From assembly GCA_963762145.1 (NCBI GenBank), contig CAVXJS010000009.1, positions 256,001 to 320,000 of the forward strand: a stretch of DNA of 64,000 nucleotides. The letters run 5' to 3'. Within the stretch, counting starts at the first letter, position 1; every line of letters starts with the position of its first letter. The translations under genes and the position numbers were made by a program. The notes beneath the pieces are model-generated. The model ran no database searches and had not been told where the DNA came from. It worked only from the letters and a program-made list of their open reading frames with translations. Below are positions 38,213 to 48,603 of this stretch, piece after piece. The DNA is from an uncultured Candidatus Rokubacteria bacterium. Its GTDB lineage: Bacteria > Methylomirabilota > Methylomirabilia > Rokubacteriales > CSP1-6.

Positions 38213-40095
38213 CCCAGCGCCTTCAGCGAATCGCTGATCTCACCGAGGATCGCGGGGTCGTCGATGGTGGCGGGCACGGTGTGCTCGACGCCATCGGCGA
38301 TCTTCTTCATCGTCCCGCGCAGGATCTTGCCCGAGCGAGTCTTCGGCAGCCGCTTGACCACCGCCACCGTCTTGAACGCGGCGACCGGCCCGATCTTCTC
38401 GCGTACCAGCTCGACGAGCTCGCGGCAGAGGTCGGCCTCGGCGCGCTCCACGCCGGCCTTGGTGACGACCAGGCCCACCGGCACCTCGCCCTTGATCTCG
38501 TCGGCCACGCCCATGACCGCGCACTCGGCCACGTCCGGGTGCGCGGCGAGCACCTCCTCCATCGCGCCGGTGGAGAGCCGGTGTCCGGCCACGTTGATGA
38601 TGTCGTCCACGCGGCTCATGATGTAGATGTACTCGTCCTCGTCCTTGTAGCCCGCGTCGCCGGTGAGGTAGTAGCCCGGATGCCGCGTGAGGTACGAGCG
38701 CTCGAAGCCCTCGTCGTTGTGCCAGAGAGTGGGCAGACTGCTGGGCGGCATCGGCAGCTTCACCGCGATGGAGCCGATCTGGCCCGCCGGCACCTCGCGG
38801 TTGTCCTCCCCCAGCACGCGGATGTCGTAGCCCGGCACGACCTTGGTCGGGGAGCCCGGCTTGACCGGCAGCATGCCGAGCCCCACGCAGTTGGCCGCCA
38901 TCGGCCAGCCGGTCTCGGTCTGCCACCAGTGGTCCACCACCGGCACCTGGAGCTTCTCGCGCGCCCAGAGCAGGGTGTCGGGATCGCAGCGCTCGCCGGC
39001 CAGGAACAGCGTGCGGAAGCGCGAGAGATCGTACTTGCCGATGTGGGCGCCCTGCGGGTCCTCTTTCTTGATCGCGCGGAACGCGGTGGGCGCGGTGAAC
39101 AGCGCGCTCACTCCGTGCTGGGCGGAGACCCGCCAGAATGCGCCCGGATCGGGCGTGCCCACCGGCTTGCCCTCGTAGAGAATCGTGGTGCAGCCCTTGA
39201 GGAGCGGCGCGTAGACGATGTAGGAGTGGCCGACCACCCAGCCGATGTCCGAGGCCGCCCAGAAGGTCTCGCCCGCGCCCATGCCGTAGACCGCGTCCAT
39301 GCTCCACTTGAGCGCGACCGCGTGGCCGCCGTTGTCGCGTACCACGCCCTTGGGAATGCCGGTGGTCCCGGAGGTGTACAGGATGTAGAGCGGATCCGTG
39401 GCGGCCACCGGCACGCACTCGACCGGGGAGGCCGCCGCGACCGCCTCGCCCCAGTCCACGTCGCGGCCCGGCACGAGCGAGGCCGGCTCCATCGGGCGCT
39501 GCAGGATCACGCAGCGCGAGGGCTTGTGCGAGGCCATCGCGATGGCCTGGTCTAGCAGCGGCTTGTAGGGAATGACCCGGGTGCCCTCGATGCCGCACGA
39601 GGCCGAGAGCATCACCTTGGGCTTGGCGTCGTCGATGCGGGTGGCCAGCTCCTTGGGGGCGAAGCCGCCGAACACCACCGAGTGGATCGCCCCGATGCGC
39701 GCGCACGCGAGCATCGCCATCACCGCTTCGGGCACCGCCGGCATGTAGATGATGACCCGGTCGCCCTTCTCCACGCCCAGCCGTCGCAGGGCCCCCGCGA
39801 AGCGCGCGACCGCGTCGCGGAGCTCGAAGTAGGTGTAGGCGCGGACGATCCCGGTCACCGGGGAGTCGTAGATGAGCGCGGTCTGCTTGCCGCGGCCGCG
39901 GTCCACGTGGAGATCGAGCGCGTTGTAGCAGGTGTTCAGGACGCCGCCCGGGAACCAGCGGTAGTACGGCGGCCGCGAGGCGTCGAGCACCCGGTCCCAG
40001 CGCTTCTCCCAGTGGATGTCCTCGGCGCGCGCGGCCCAGAAGCCCTCCGGGTCATCGTGCGCGCGCCGGTACACCTCGTCGTAGATGGTCGCCAT
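38200..40095 (-). CDS. prpE: Propionyl-CoA synthetase (acetate/propionate-CoA ligase)
   Basis: YTSGTTGIPKG, ASDIGWVVGHSY, DHWWQTETG, NVAGHRLSTG, LPKTRSGKILR. Confidence 0.88.
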   Translation of the reverse strand: MATIYDEVYRRAHDDPEGFWAARAEDIHWEKRWDRVLDASRPPYYRWFPGGVLNTCYNALDLHVDRGRGKQTALIYDSPVTGIVRAYTYFELRDAVARFAGALRRLGVEKGDRVIIYMPAVPEAVMAMLACARIGAIHSVVFGGFAPKELATRIDDAKPKVMLSASCGIEGTRVIPYKPLLDQAIAMASHKPSRCVILQRPMEPASLVPGRDVDWGEAVAAASPVECVPVAATDPLYILYTSGTTGIPKGVVRDNGGHAVALKWSMDAVYGMGAGETFWAASDIGWVVGHSYIVYAPLLKGCTTILYEGKPVGTPDPGAFWRVSAQHGVSALFTAPTAFRAIKKEDPQGAHIGKYDLSRFRTLFLAGERCDPDTLLWAREKLQVPVVDHWWQTETGWPMAANCVGLGMLPVKPGSPTKVVPGYDIRVLGEDNREVPAGQIGSIAVKLPMPPSSLPTLWHNDEGFERSYLTRHPGYYLTGDAGYKDEDEYIYIMSRVDDIINVAGHRLSTGAMEEVLAAHPDVAECAVMGVADEIKGEVPVGLVVTKAGVERAEADLCRELVELVREKIGPVAAFKTVAVVKRLPKTRSGKILRGTMKKIADGVEHTVPATIDDPAILGEISDSLKALGYPR

Positions 40096-40183
40096 GGATC
40101 GCCGCCTCCCTGGCCCCGGACTGTACAACGCGTCGCCCCGCCTTGCCAGGCCCCGGGCCGGCCGCCTATCATGCGGGCAGCTC

Positions 40184-40977
40184 ATGCGCCCGCGCCTCCG
40201 CGTCCTCGGCGTCCTGCTCCTGGCGGCCATCCACTCCGCGACCGCCGCGCGGGCCGCCGACGAGGAGGTCCGAACGATCCCGACGCGGCCGGGCGTCACC
40301 GAGTCGTTCCTCCTCCTGCGCCCGGCCGGCGCCCCGGTGGCCAGCGTGATCATCTTCGCGGGGGGCGACGGCAACCTCGCGATGACCGCCACCGGCATCG
40401 CCCAGCTGCAGGGCAACTTCCTCGTGCGGACCCGGATGCGCTGGGTCCGCGAGGGTTCCTGGTCGCGGTGCTGGACCGGCCCTCGGACCGGAAGAACGGG
40501 CTCTGGAACTTCCGCACCACGGCCGAGCACGCGGGGGACGTCAAGCAGGCCATCGCGGCGATGCGCGAGATCGCGCCGGTGCCGGTATGGCTCGTGGGCA
40601 CCAGCATGGGCTCGCTCTCCGCGGCCAACGCGGCGGCGCGCCTCCCCGAGGGCGGGCCCGACGGGATCGTGCTCACCTCCTCGGTCACCGAGACCTCGAA
40701 GATGAGCTACGAGACGACCCGGCACGCCGGGCTCGGCGAGATTCGCGTCCCCACCCTGGTGGTGCACCACAAGGACGACACGTGCCGGGCCTCGTCCTAC
40801 TCGGGCGCGGAGGACATCGTCAAGGCGCTCAAGCAGGCGCCGGTCAAGGAGCTGATCGCCTTCGAGGGCGGGAGCCCGGCCATCTCGGCGCCGTGCGAGG
40901 CGAAGGCGGCCCACGGCTACCTCGGCATCGAGGCGACGGTGGTCTCCGCCATCGGCGCCTGGATTCGCGCCCACTGA
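40184..40977 (+). CDS. Secreted alpha/beta hydrolase (frameshift ~40455)
   Basis: Signal peptide, FAGGDG, GNFLVR, GTSMG nucleophile elbow, HGYLG. Confidence 0.78.
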
Positions 40978-41015
40978 CGGGAGCCGCACCCCGGGCCGCG
41001 GCCGCCTGGCGCGGG

Positions 41016-42395
41016 CTAGACGGTCGCGGAGGCCGACGGGGTCTGGCGCGTGCGGCGGATGCGCGCCTGGACGTCGCGCACCCGGTCCTGCTCGAAGTCG
41101 ATCTGCACCTCGTGGTGCTCGATCTCCCAGTGCTTCACGGTGGCGAACCAGCCGAAGCGCCGGCCGCGGTGGGGCACCAGGAGCTCACCGCGATAGATCA
41201 CCGCCCGGATCTCGCCGGTGGGCAGGCGCTGCTCCTCCTCGGGGGCGCTGCCCACCAGCCGGAGCACGTCCTCGTAGGTGCTCTCTCCGGGCCGGATGCG
41301 CGCGAGCACCTCCTGCGACGGCACCTCTCCGCGGGTGCGCCCGACGGCCTCCCCGCGCCCGAAATGGACCCGCTGGCGCACGGTCCGGACGAGCTTGCGG
41401 AGCAGATTGCCCACGATCGGGCCGGTGAGATTGCCCAGCCCCAGCAGCAGGGCGGAGAGCAGGATGGGCCGCCAGGGCAGCCGTCCCCGGAAGTACACGA
41501 ACTGCACCCTCAGCACCTGCGGCACGATGCCGTCCGCCGCGACGAGGGGAATCGAGAACGTGTCCGTGTTCTCCCGGGTCTCGCTCAGCCGGCGGAGCGC
41601 GGTGGACGGGACCACCTCGTCGATCTTCAGGTGGTTCGCCTCCGCGAAGTTGATCATGAGGCGGGAGAAGTCGGCCGCGAGCGGGATGACCCGGTCGCGG
41701 TTGCCGTAGTAGAGCGGGTACAGCGATGAATAGCCGACGTCGCCGAAGCTCAGCGTGATGATGTTGCGCCGGCCCCAGAACGCCTCCTCCAGCCAGCTGA
41801 CCTTTCGCGGGGTGATGGCGCCCTTGGCCGCGAGATCGAGCCGTGGGACCCAGTCGAGGCTCGCCAGCTCGGGCTTCCACGGGATCCGGATGTAGGTCAC
41901 GGGCTTCGCGCCGCGCGCGAGCCCCTCCGGCCGCGCGAAGGTGACGAAGAAGGCGCTCCCGAGGTCGAGCCGGCCGGCGGCGCCCGCGCCGGTGCCCATC
42001 TGGAGCCGGTTCCGGGCCGAGAACGGGACCCGGCCGTGCACCAGCACCTTGAACCCGGCGGTCTCCACCTGCTGTCTCAGCGCGGGATCGGCGCCGTCGA
42101 CGCCGTCGGTCCCGACCAGCTCGCCCGGCCAGAGGAGGAAGATGTCCTGGGCGAACTCGGCCGGGTCGCGCGCCGGCGGCGGCGCCACGCTGAACGACAC
42201 CTGGATCGTGACCGGGCCGGGACGATCCTCGACGTGCTTGCGCTCGACGTTCGCGGTGATGAGGACCGGCGCGATCCAGAACTCGGGATGGGGCTTGGAC
42301 GCGATGAAGACCTGCGCGGACGCGATGGGGGGGCCCAGGCCCAGGACGAGGAGAGCGACCGGGACCGCGCGCGCCAGGCGCCCGCGCCGCTTCAC
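41016..42395 (-). CDS. Hypothetical membrane-anchored protein
   Basis: Signal peptide ending ASA-Q, TM near the C-terminus, possible BamE/SmpA-like tail (IRPGESTYEDVLRLVG). Confidence 0.7.
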   Translation of the reverse strand: MKRRGRLARAVPVALLVLGLGPPIASAQVFIASKPHPEFWIAPVLITANVERKHVEDRPGPVTIQVSFSVAPPPARDPAEFAQDIFLLWPGELVGTDGVDGADPALRQQVETAGFKVLVHGRVPFSARNRLQMGTGAGAAGRLDLGSAFFVTFARPEGLARGAKPVTYIRIPWKPELASLDWVPRLDLAAKGAITPRKVSWLEEAFWGRRNIITLSFGDVGYSSLYPLYYGNRDRVIPLAADFSRLMINFAEANHLKIDEVVPSTALRRLSETRENTDTFSIPLVAADGIVPQVLRVQFVYFRGRLPWRPILLSALLLGLGNLTGPIVGNLLRKLVRTVRQRVHFGRGEAVGRTRGEVPSQEVLARIRPGESTYEDVLRLVGSAPEEEQRLPTGEIRAVIYRGELLVPHRGRRFGWFATVKHWEIEHHEVQIDFEQDRVRDVQARIRRTRQTPSASATV

Positions 42396-43411
42396 CGGGT
42401 GGGATCCTCCCCCACCCGCACCAGCAGCTTGCCGAAGTTCTTGCCCTGGAGCAGGCCGATGAAGGCCTCGGGCGCCTTCTCGAGGCCGACCACGACGTCC
42501 TCGCGATGCTTGAGGCGGCCCTCGCGCAGCCAGCCGCCGCAGTCCTTCAGGAAATCGGGCAGCCGGGCCAGGTGGTCCGACACGATGAAGCCTTTCACGA
42601 GCACGCGGTTGAAGAGCAGCGGCCGCAGGTTGGGGCCCGGCGTCGATTCGGTCGCGTTGTACTCGGAGATGAGCCCGCAGAGCGGGATGCGCGCGTTCAG
42701 GTTCAGCAGCTGCATCACCGCCCGCAGCACGTCGCCGCCCACGTTCTCGAAGTACACGTCGATTCCGCCCGGGCAGGCGGCCTTGAGCGACGCGGCCAGA
42801 TCGCCCGTCTTGTAGTTCACGCACGCGTCGAAGCCCAGCTCGCGCACCACGTAGTCGCACTTGTCCTGGGATCCCGCGATGCCCACCGCGCGCGCGCCCT
42901 TGATCTTCGCGATCTGCCCCACCGCGGAGCCGACCGCCCCCGAGGCCGCCGAGACCACCACCGTCTCGCCGGGCCGGGGCTGGCCGATGTCGAGCAGGCC
43001 CACGTAGGCGGTCATGCCGGGCATGCCGAGCACGCCCAGCGCGGTGGAGACCGGCGCCTGCCCGGGATCGAGCTTGCGGACCGCCGCGCCCTTGGCCACC
43101 GCGTGGGACTGCCAGCCGTCGTAGGCCAGCACGATGTCGCCCTTCGCGAGCCCCGGGTGCTTCGACTCGAGCACCTCGCCGACGGTCGCGCCCACGATCA
43201 CCTGCCCGAGCTCCACCGACTGGGCGTACGACTTGACGCCGCTGATGCGGCCGCGCATGTACGGATCGAGCGAGAGATAGATGGTCCGGCTCAGGATCTC
43301 GCCGTCCTTCGGCGCCGGGAGCGGCGACTCGACGAGCCCGAAGTCGCCGGGCTTGGGCATGCCGACGGGCCGGGTGCGCAGCACGATCTGGCGATTGACG
43401 GATGGGGGCAT
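42392..43411 (-). CDS. NADP-dependent oxidoreductase (CurA/PTGR-like MDR)
   Basis: LSLDPYMRG, GMPGMTAY, SAASGAVGS, YFENVGG, NFGKL. Confidence 0.92.
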   Translation of the reverse strand: MPPSVNRQIVLRTRPVGMPKPGDFGLVESPLPAPKDGEILSRTIYLSLDPYMRGRISGVKSYAQSVELGQVIVGATVGEVLESKHPGLAKGDIVLAYDGWQSHAVAKGAAVRKLDPGQAPVSTALGVLGMPGMTAYVGLLDIGQPRPGETVVVSAASGAVGSAVGQIAKIKGARAVGIAGSQDKCDYVVRELGFDACVNYKTGDLAASLKAACPGGIDVYFENVGGDVLRAVMQLLNLNARIPLCGLISEYNATESTPGPNLRPLLFNRVLVKGFIVSDHLARLPDFLKDCGGWLREGRLKHREDVVVGLEKAPEAFIGLLQGKNFGKLLVRVGEDPTR

Positions 43412-43426
43412 AACGGGCTCCTCGGA

Positions 43427-44419
43427 TCAGCGTGGATCATCGCCCCAGCGGTACTCCCGGGTCATCTCGTCGAGGCGCGCCTTGAGCGCGGCGTCGAGCG
43501 GCTTCTCGGTGGCGGGCAGCACGTCGTCGAGCTGGTCGGGGCGGCTCGCCCCCACGATCGGCGACGTGATCACCGGCTCGGCCAGCATCCACGCCACCGC
43601 GAGCCGCGCGAGCGGCATGCCGGCCTCGGCGGCCAGCGGTCGGAGCGCCTCCACCGTCTCGAACTCGCGCTCGTGCCAGTAGCGGTCCTGGTAGCGCTCC
43701 GCCGCGTTGCCGAGCGTGAAGCGGGTGCCCGCGGTGGGTCCGGCGTCGCGGCGGTGCTTGCCGGAGAGGAAGCCGCCGGCCAGCGGGTTGTACGGGATCA
43801 CCCCGAGCCCCTCCTCGCGGCAGAGCGGCAGGAGCTCGCGCTCGGGCTGACGGAAGAGCAGGTTGTAGCGCGGCTGGACCGAATCGAAGCGCGTGAGGCT
43901 GAGCGCCTCGCTCTTGCCGAGCGCGCGGGCCACCTGGTAGGCGTGGAAGTTCGAGCAGCCGACGTAGCGCGCCTTGCCCGCCCGTACCACGTCGTCGAGC
44001 GCGCGCAGGGTCTCGTCGATCGGCGTGTGGGGATCCCAGTGGTGGAGCTGGTAGAGATCCACGTAATCGGTGCGCAGCCGGCGCAGCGAGCCGTCGATGG
44101 CGTCCAGCACGTGCTTGCGCGAGGCGCCGCGGTCCCACGGCCGCGGGCTCATCGCGCCGACGCACTTGGTGGCCACCACGAAGTCCTGGCGGCGGCCCTC
44201 GAGCCAGCGCCCGACGATCTCCTCGGTGCGGCCCACCGTCTCGAGACCGCCGCCCACCGGGTAGACGTCGGCGGTGTCGAGGAAGGTGATCCCGCCCGCC
44301 GCCGCGCGATCGAGGATGGCGCGAGAGGCCGCCTCGTCGCACTGCAGGCCGAAGGTCATGGTGCCCAGGCACAAGCGCGAGACGGAGAGACCGGTGCGGC
44401 CGAGACGCGTGTGGCGCAT
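43427..44419 (-). CDS. Aldo/keto reductase
   Basis: CLGTMTFG, DTADVY, ATK, DLYQLH, GCSN, YNPLAGG. Confidence 0.92.
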   Translation of the reverse strand: MRHTRLGRTGLSVSRLCLGTMTFGLQCDEAASRAILDRAAAGGITFLDTADVYPVGGGLETVGRTEEIVGRWLEGRRQDFVVATKCVGAMSPRPWDRGASRKHVLDAIDGSLRRLRTDYVDLYQLHHWDPHTPIDETLRALDDVVRAGKARYVGCSNFHAYQVARALGKSEALSLTRFDSVQPRYNLLFRQPERELLPLCREEGLGVIPYNPLAGGFLSGKHRRDAGPTAGTRFTLGNAAERYQDRYWHEREFETVEALRPLAAEAGMPLARLAVAWMLAEPVITSPIVGASRPDQLDDVLPATEKPLDAALKARLDEMTREYRWGDDPR

Positions 44420-44493
44420 AGAGCTCAGAGAGTAAACGACCCTCCGACGGCGGGCAAGCGAGCGGCGCACGGACCGTGGTATAACCAGCGGCC

Positions 44494-45477
44494 ATGGAAT
44501 ACCGAACGCTGGGACGAGCCGGGTTGAAGATCTCCGCGCTGGGCTTCGGCTGCGGGGACGTGGGCGGGCTGATGGTGAGGGGCACGCCGGCCGAGCGGGA
44601 GCGCGGCGTGGCGCGCGCGCTGGAGCACGGGATCAACTACCTCGACACCGCGCCGTCGTACGGGTCGGGCGAGTCGGAGAAGAACCTGGGCCAGGTGCTG
44701 CGCGCGCTCAAGCCCACCGTGATCGTCGGGACCAAGTGGCGGCTCGGGGCCGCCGATCTGGCCGACGTGCCGGGCGCGGTCACGCGCTCCGTGGAGACGA
44801 GCCTCGCGCGGCTCGGACTCCCGCGGGTGGACCTGCTGCACCTGCACAACCTGATCGGGCGCGTGGGCGAGGAGCGGCCGCTCGGCGTCGCGCGCGTGCT
44901 GGAGGCGGTGGTGCCGGCGGTGCGACGGCTGCAGGAGCAGGGCAAGGTTCGGTTCTTCGGGGTCACCGCCTCGGGGGAGACCGGCGCGCTCCATCGTGCG
45001 CTCGCCAGCGGGGCAATCGACACCGCGCAGGTGGTCTTCAACCTGCTGAACCCGACCGGAGCCTACGCGCTGCCGGTGGGCTACCCCGCGCAGGACTACG
45101 ATCGGCTGCTGGTTCTCGCGCGCGAGCAGGGCGTGGGGACGATCGGCATCCGCGTGCTGGCGGGGGGCGCGCTGAGCGGCCAGGTCGCGCGCCATCCGAC
45201 CGCGATCCCGAGCGTGGCCCCGATCGCGTCGGGTCCGGACTACGCCACCGACGTGGCCCGCGCCCGGGCCCTCGAGCCGCTGGTGGCCCAGGGCCACGCG
45301 GCCAGCGTGGTCGAGGCCGCGCTGCGCTTCGCCATCACCGGCGACGCGCTCTCGACCGTGCTCATCGGCTGCTCCGACCTCGCCCAGCTCGACTTCGCCG
45401 CCGCCGCGGTCGCCAAGGGCCCCCTCTCCCCCGCCGCCCTCGCCAGTCTCAACGCTATCTGGAAGGGCCTGCAGTAA
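44494..45477 (+). CDS. Aldo/keto reductase
   Basis: LGFGCG, DTAPSYG, GTK, DLLHLHN. Confidence 0.9.
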   Translation: MEYRTLGRAGLKISALGFGCGDVGGLMVRGTPAERERGVARALEHGINYLDTAPSYGSGESEKNLGQVLRALKPTVIVGTKWRLGAADLADVPGAVTRSVETSLARLGLPRVDLLHLHNLIGRVGEERPLGVARVLEAVVPAVRRLQEQGKVRFFGVTASGETGALHRALASGAIDTAQVVFNLLNPTGAYALPVGYPAQDYDRLLVLAREQGVGTIGIRVLAGGALSGQVARHPTAIPSVAPIASGPDYATDVARARALEPLVAQGHAASVVEAALRFAITGDALSTVLIGCSDLAQLDFAAAAVAKGPLSPAALASLNAIWKGLQ

Positions 45478-45562
45478 GGGGTCAGGTCTTACATTCCAAC
45501 ATTTCCTGGCGAGGTGCCCTCGGCAACCGTGAAGGAAATGTTGGAATGCAAGACCTGACCCC
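45478..45562. repeat. 85-bp REP/MITE-like element (copy 2), between convergent genes
   Basis: GGGGTCAGGTCTTACATTCCAACATT...AATGTTGGAATGCAAGACCTGACCCC. Confidence 0.85.
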
Positions 45563-45566
45563 AGGC

Positions 45567-46637
45567 CTAGCGGTTTGGCCCTCTCCCCATCGGGTAGGGC
45601 TGCCAGCGGATCAGGGATGTCTTGGGAAGGACGCCGGGGTTGACCGCGGAACGCGGCCACTTGCCCTGCAGCACCGTCGCCAGCTCGCGGCCCAGCCTCC
45701 GGCGCGTTTCCGGCGCCATGCGAGCCGTGGCGGAGGCGATGTGCGGGCTCACCAGCACGTTGTCCATGTGCAGCAGCGCGTTGCTCGGATCCACCGGCTC
45801 GACCTCGAACACGTCGAGCGCGGCGCCCGCGATCAGGCCCTGGCGGAGCGCGTCGGCCAGCGCGGCCTCGTTCACCGTCGGCCCCCGCCCGTTGTTGATG
45901 AAGATCGCGCTCTTCTTCATCGCGCGGAACTCGCGCTCGCCCATCATGTGGCGCGTCTCGGAGTTCAGCGGGGCGTGCATGGACAGGAAGTCGGAGCGCT
46001 GGCACAGCTCGGTCAGGCTCGTGACCGGCTCGACGCCGACCGCGGTCATCTCGAGCTCGGCGAGGAACGGATCGTAGGCGATGACCCGCAGGCCGAAGGC
46101 GTGGCAGCGGCGCGCGACCGCCTTGGCCACGTTCCCGAACGAGATCAGGCCGATGGTCTGGCCGTACAGGCGCGGGATGCCCGCGAAGTAGGGCCGGCCC
46201 TCGGTCCACTTGTTGTCGACGGTGAGCTGGTGCATCAGGCGCAGGCGCCGGTGGGCGGCCAGGAACATGGCCATGGTGTGATCGGCCACCTCGTCGATGA
46301 AGACGTCGGGCACGTTGGTGACCACGATCCCGGCCTCGGTGGCCGCGTCCACGTCCACCGTGTCCGCCCCCACGCTGCCGAGCCCGATGACTTTGCAGTT
46401 TCGCAGACCCTTGATGATGGCCGCGGTAATTCGCCGGTTGCGCGCGATGACCGCGTCGGCGTCCTGGGCCGCCGCGATGAACTCCTCCTCGGTCTTGGCC
46501 GGCACCTCGACGATCTCGGCGCCGATGGGATCGAGGGCCTCGCGCTCGATCGAGTAGGCCGAATCGGCCAGGTCATAGGTGATGCCGCCCGACGGCTTCT
46601 GCACGACGATCTTGAACTTCTTGGCTCCGGCTGCCAT
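45567..46637 (-). CDS. D-isomer-specific 2-hydroxyacid dehydrogenase (CtBP-like)
   Basis: VTNVPD, EVADH, ISFGNVA, NNGRG, LDVFEVEP, SPHIA. Confidence 0.9.
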   Translation of the reverse strand: MAAGAKKFKIVVQKPSGGITYDLADSAYSIEREALDPIGAEIVEVPAKTEEEFIAAAQDADAVIARNRRITAAIIKGLRNCKVIGLGSVGADTVDVDAATEAGIVVTNVPDVFIDEVADHTMAMFLAAHRRLRLMHQLTVDNKWTEGRPYFAGIPRLYGQTIGLISFGNVAKAVARRCHAFGLRVIAYDPFLAELEMTAVGVEPVTSLTELCQRSDFLSMHAPLNSETRHMMGEREFRAMKKSAIFINNGRGPTVNEAALADALRQGLIAGAALDVFEVEPVDPSNALLHMDNVLVSPHIASATARMAPETRRRLGRELATVLQGKWPRSAVNPGVLPKTSLIRWQPYPMGRGPNR

Positions 46638-46749
46638 GCCGACGACCTCCTGGATGGTCTGGGGGTAGGTACCGCGGTCCGCGGCCACCAAGCATACGCT
46701 CTCCCCGGCCCTGCCGTCGAGGCCCTCCTGTGCTAGGGTGGGCGCTGTC

Positions 46750-47545
46750 ATGCTCGTCGGCGCGTTCGCGGTCGCGCACACTCCGCAGCTCCTGATCCGC
46801 CCGGAGACCGAGGATCGCGACCTCGTGCTGCGCGTGCACGCGGCGATGGGGCGGGTCAAGCGGCGGCTGCAGGAGCTCCGGCCCGACGCGATCGCGATCG
46901 TCGCGGGCGACCACGTCGAGGCGTTCTTCCTGGACGCGGTCCCCGCGCTCGCGGTCTACGTGGGGCGCGAGTGCGCGGGCACCTTCGGCCCGTACCGCTA
47001 CCGCCTCGACATCCACGAGCCGCTCGCCCGCGCGGTGGTCGAGCAGGGCATCGAGCGCGGCTTCGATCTCCTCTACACCCAGGACGCCAAGCTCGACTAC
47101 GCGTTCTACGTGCCGCTGCACTTCGTGATGCCGGAGCCCGCGCGGCCGATCGTCCCGCTGCACGTCAACGTGTACCTGCCGCCCCAGCCGACGCCCGCGC
47201 CGCTGCCACGCCTGGGGCGCCGCGCTCGGCGACATCCTCCGCGCGCGCCCCGAGCGCGTGGCCCTCATCGCCTCGGGCGGCATGTCGCACTTCCCGGGCA
47301 CCGACCGCTACGCGTCGCCCGAGTTCGACTACGACCGCGGCCTCCTCGACCTGCTCCGCGAGGGGCGCGGTCGCGAGCTCGCGCGGGTCACCGGGGAAGA
47401 GCTCGACAAGCGGGGCAACATCGAGCTGCGCACCTGGATCACCCTGCTGGGCGCGGTGGGCGACGTCCGCGCGGACGTGTACTGCTACGAGCCCTCGTGG
47501 CACCACGGCAACGCGGTGGTGGAATGGCCGCTCCCGCCCGCATGA
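46750..47545 (+). CDS. LigB-type extradiol ring-cleavage dioxygenase, catalytic subunit (frameshift ~47195)
   Basis: AHTPQL, GDHVEAF, LDYAFYVPL, ASGGMSHFPG, GNIELRTW. Confidence 0.8.
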
Positions 47546-47814
47546 CGGCCCACTACCGCTTCCCGCCGTCCGAGGCCTACCCGCTCAATCGCGTCCTCTA
47601 CGCGCTCAAGTCCGATCCTGCCTTCATCGAGCGCTTCCTCGCCGATCCGGTCGCGGCGACCGGCGGGCTGGGCCTGACCGAGGGCGAGCGGGCCGACCTG
47701 CGCCGCATGGATCGCGACGCGCTGGTGGCCCGCGGCGCCCATCCCTACCTGGTCTTCATGGCCGGGCTGCGGCTCAGGATGGCGGCCGAGCCCGGCACGC
47801 TCGAGTACTTCTAG
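47542..47814 (+). CDS. LigA-like small subunit
   Basis: YPLNRVLYAL...FLADP...GLTEGE...GAHPYL; ATGA overlap with the LigB-like gene. Confidence 0.7.
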   Translation: MTAHYRFPPSEAYPLNRVLYALKSDPAFIERFLADPVAATGGLGLTEGERADLRRMDRDALVARGAHPYLVFMAGLRLRMAAEPGTLEYF

Positions 47815-47829
47815 CCGGGGCGATTCCTT

Positions 47830-48208
47830 CTAGCCGGTCGACACCTCGAGTCGCGTGGCGACCAGCTTCGCGCCGCGCTCCTCGTAGAAGGCCTTCACTT
47901 TCGCCCCCTCCTGGAGATCGGCGAACCTCGCCTCGCGGCCGTTCACCTGGATCAGGGTGCTCGGGACCGACCTCGAGGGTCTTGCCGAGCAGGCCCAGAA
48001 AGATCGAGACGTCCACGCTCTCGTTCCGCCCGTCCACCCGCGTGAGGGTTCCCTCGATCATGCCGGGCGCCCGTACGAGGCGGTCGAGGCGGGGCCCCGG
48101 CGGCGGCTGCAGCGGGGGCTGCAACGGCTCGGATTTGACCTGCGCGAAGCCGGGCGGCGACGAGAGCAGCGCCAGCCCCATGGCGAGCATCACGGCGAAT
48201 CGTGTCAT
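47830..48208 (-). CDS. Small secreted protein, DUF5666/OB-like (frameshift ~47960)
   Basis: Signal peptide, IEGTLTRVD..., continues in the shifted frame as TLIQVNGREARFADLQEGAKVKAFYEE. Confidence 0.6.
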
Positions 48209-48259
48209 GACGTGTCCCCCCTCCGCGGGGTGTTGGCCCCGCTTCCGCATAAGGACAGA

Positions 48260-48274
48260 GCAAGGGCGATACCA
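48260..48274 (-). promoter_or_regulatory. Sigma-54 promoter
   Basis: TGGTAT-CGCCC-TTGC ~50 bp upstream of 48208. Confidence 0.55.
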
Positions 48275-48392
48275 GATCCGCCATTCGAGGGGTCGAACGC
48301 CCGATTGGGGAGCCCCGGCCCATCTCAGGATGTAAGGCTTACACGTGCCGGGAACGTAAGATGTTCCAGTGAGCTTCCTGAGAGGAGGCGCG

Positions 48393-48566
48393 ATGCGACG
48401 ACGCTATCGGCGACTGGCCCGGCGCTTCCGGTCCATCGCCTTCATCACGACCGTGTTCCGCACCTACCGGGAGGGCCGCCGACGCGGCCAGACTCACCTC
48501 GCCGCGCTGCGCTTCGGCCGCGCGGTGGCCCGGTGGCGGCGCCACAACGGGGCCGCGCATTCGTAG
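48393..48566 (+). CDS. Small basic hypothetical protein
   Basis: RBS GAGGAGG before ATG; Arg-rich 57 aa. Confidence 0.4.
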   Translation: MRRRYRRLARRFRSIAFITTVFRTYREGRRRGQTHLAALRFGRAVARWRRHNGAAHS

Positions 48567-48603
48567 ACGCGCGCTGCTCCGCCTGGCGCTGGCCGGCCTC
48601 GCG

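Noticed and set aside
1760-47970. Frameshifts in nrdJ, lhgO, the alpha/beta hydrolase, the LigB-like gene and the small secreted protein as programmed frameshifting or pseudogenes
   Set aside because: Scattered single indels in otherwise conserved genes with no shared slippery motif; best explained by long-read errors, though reads are needed to confirm
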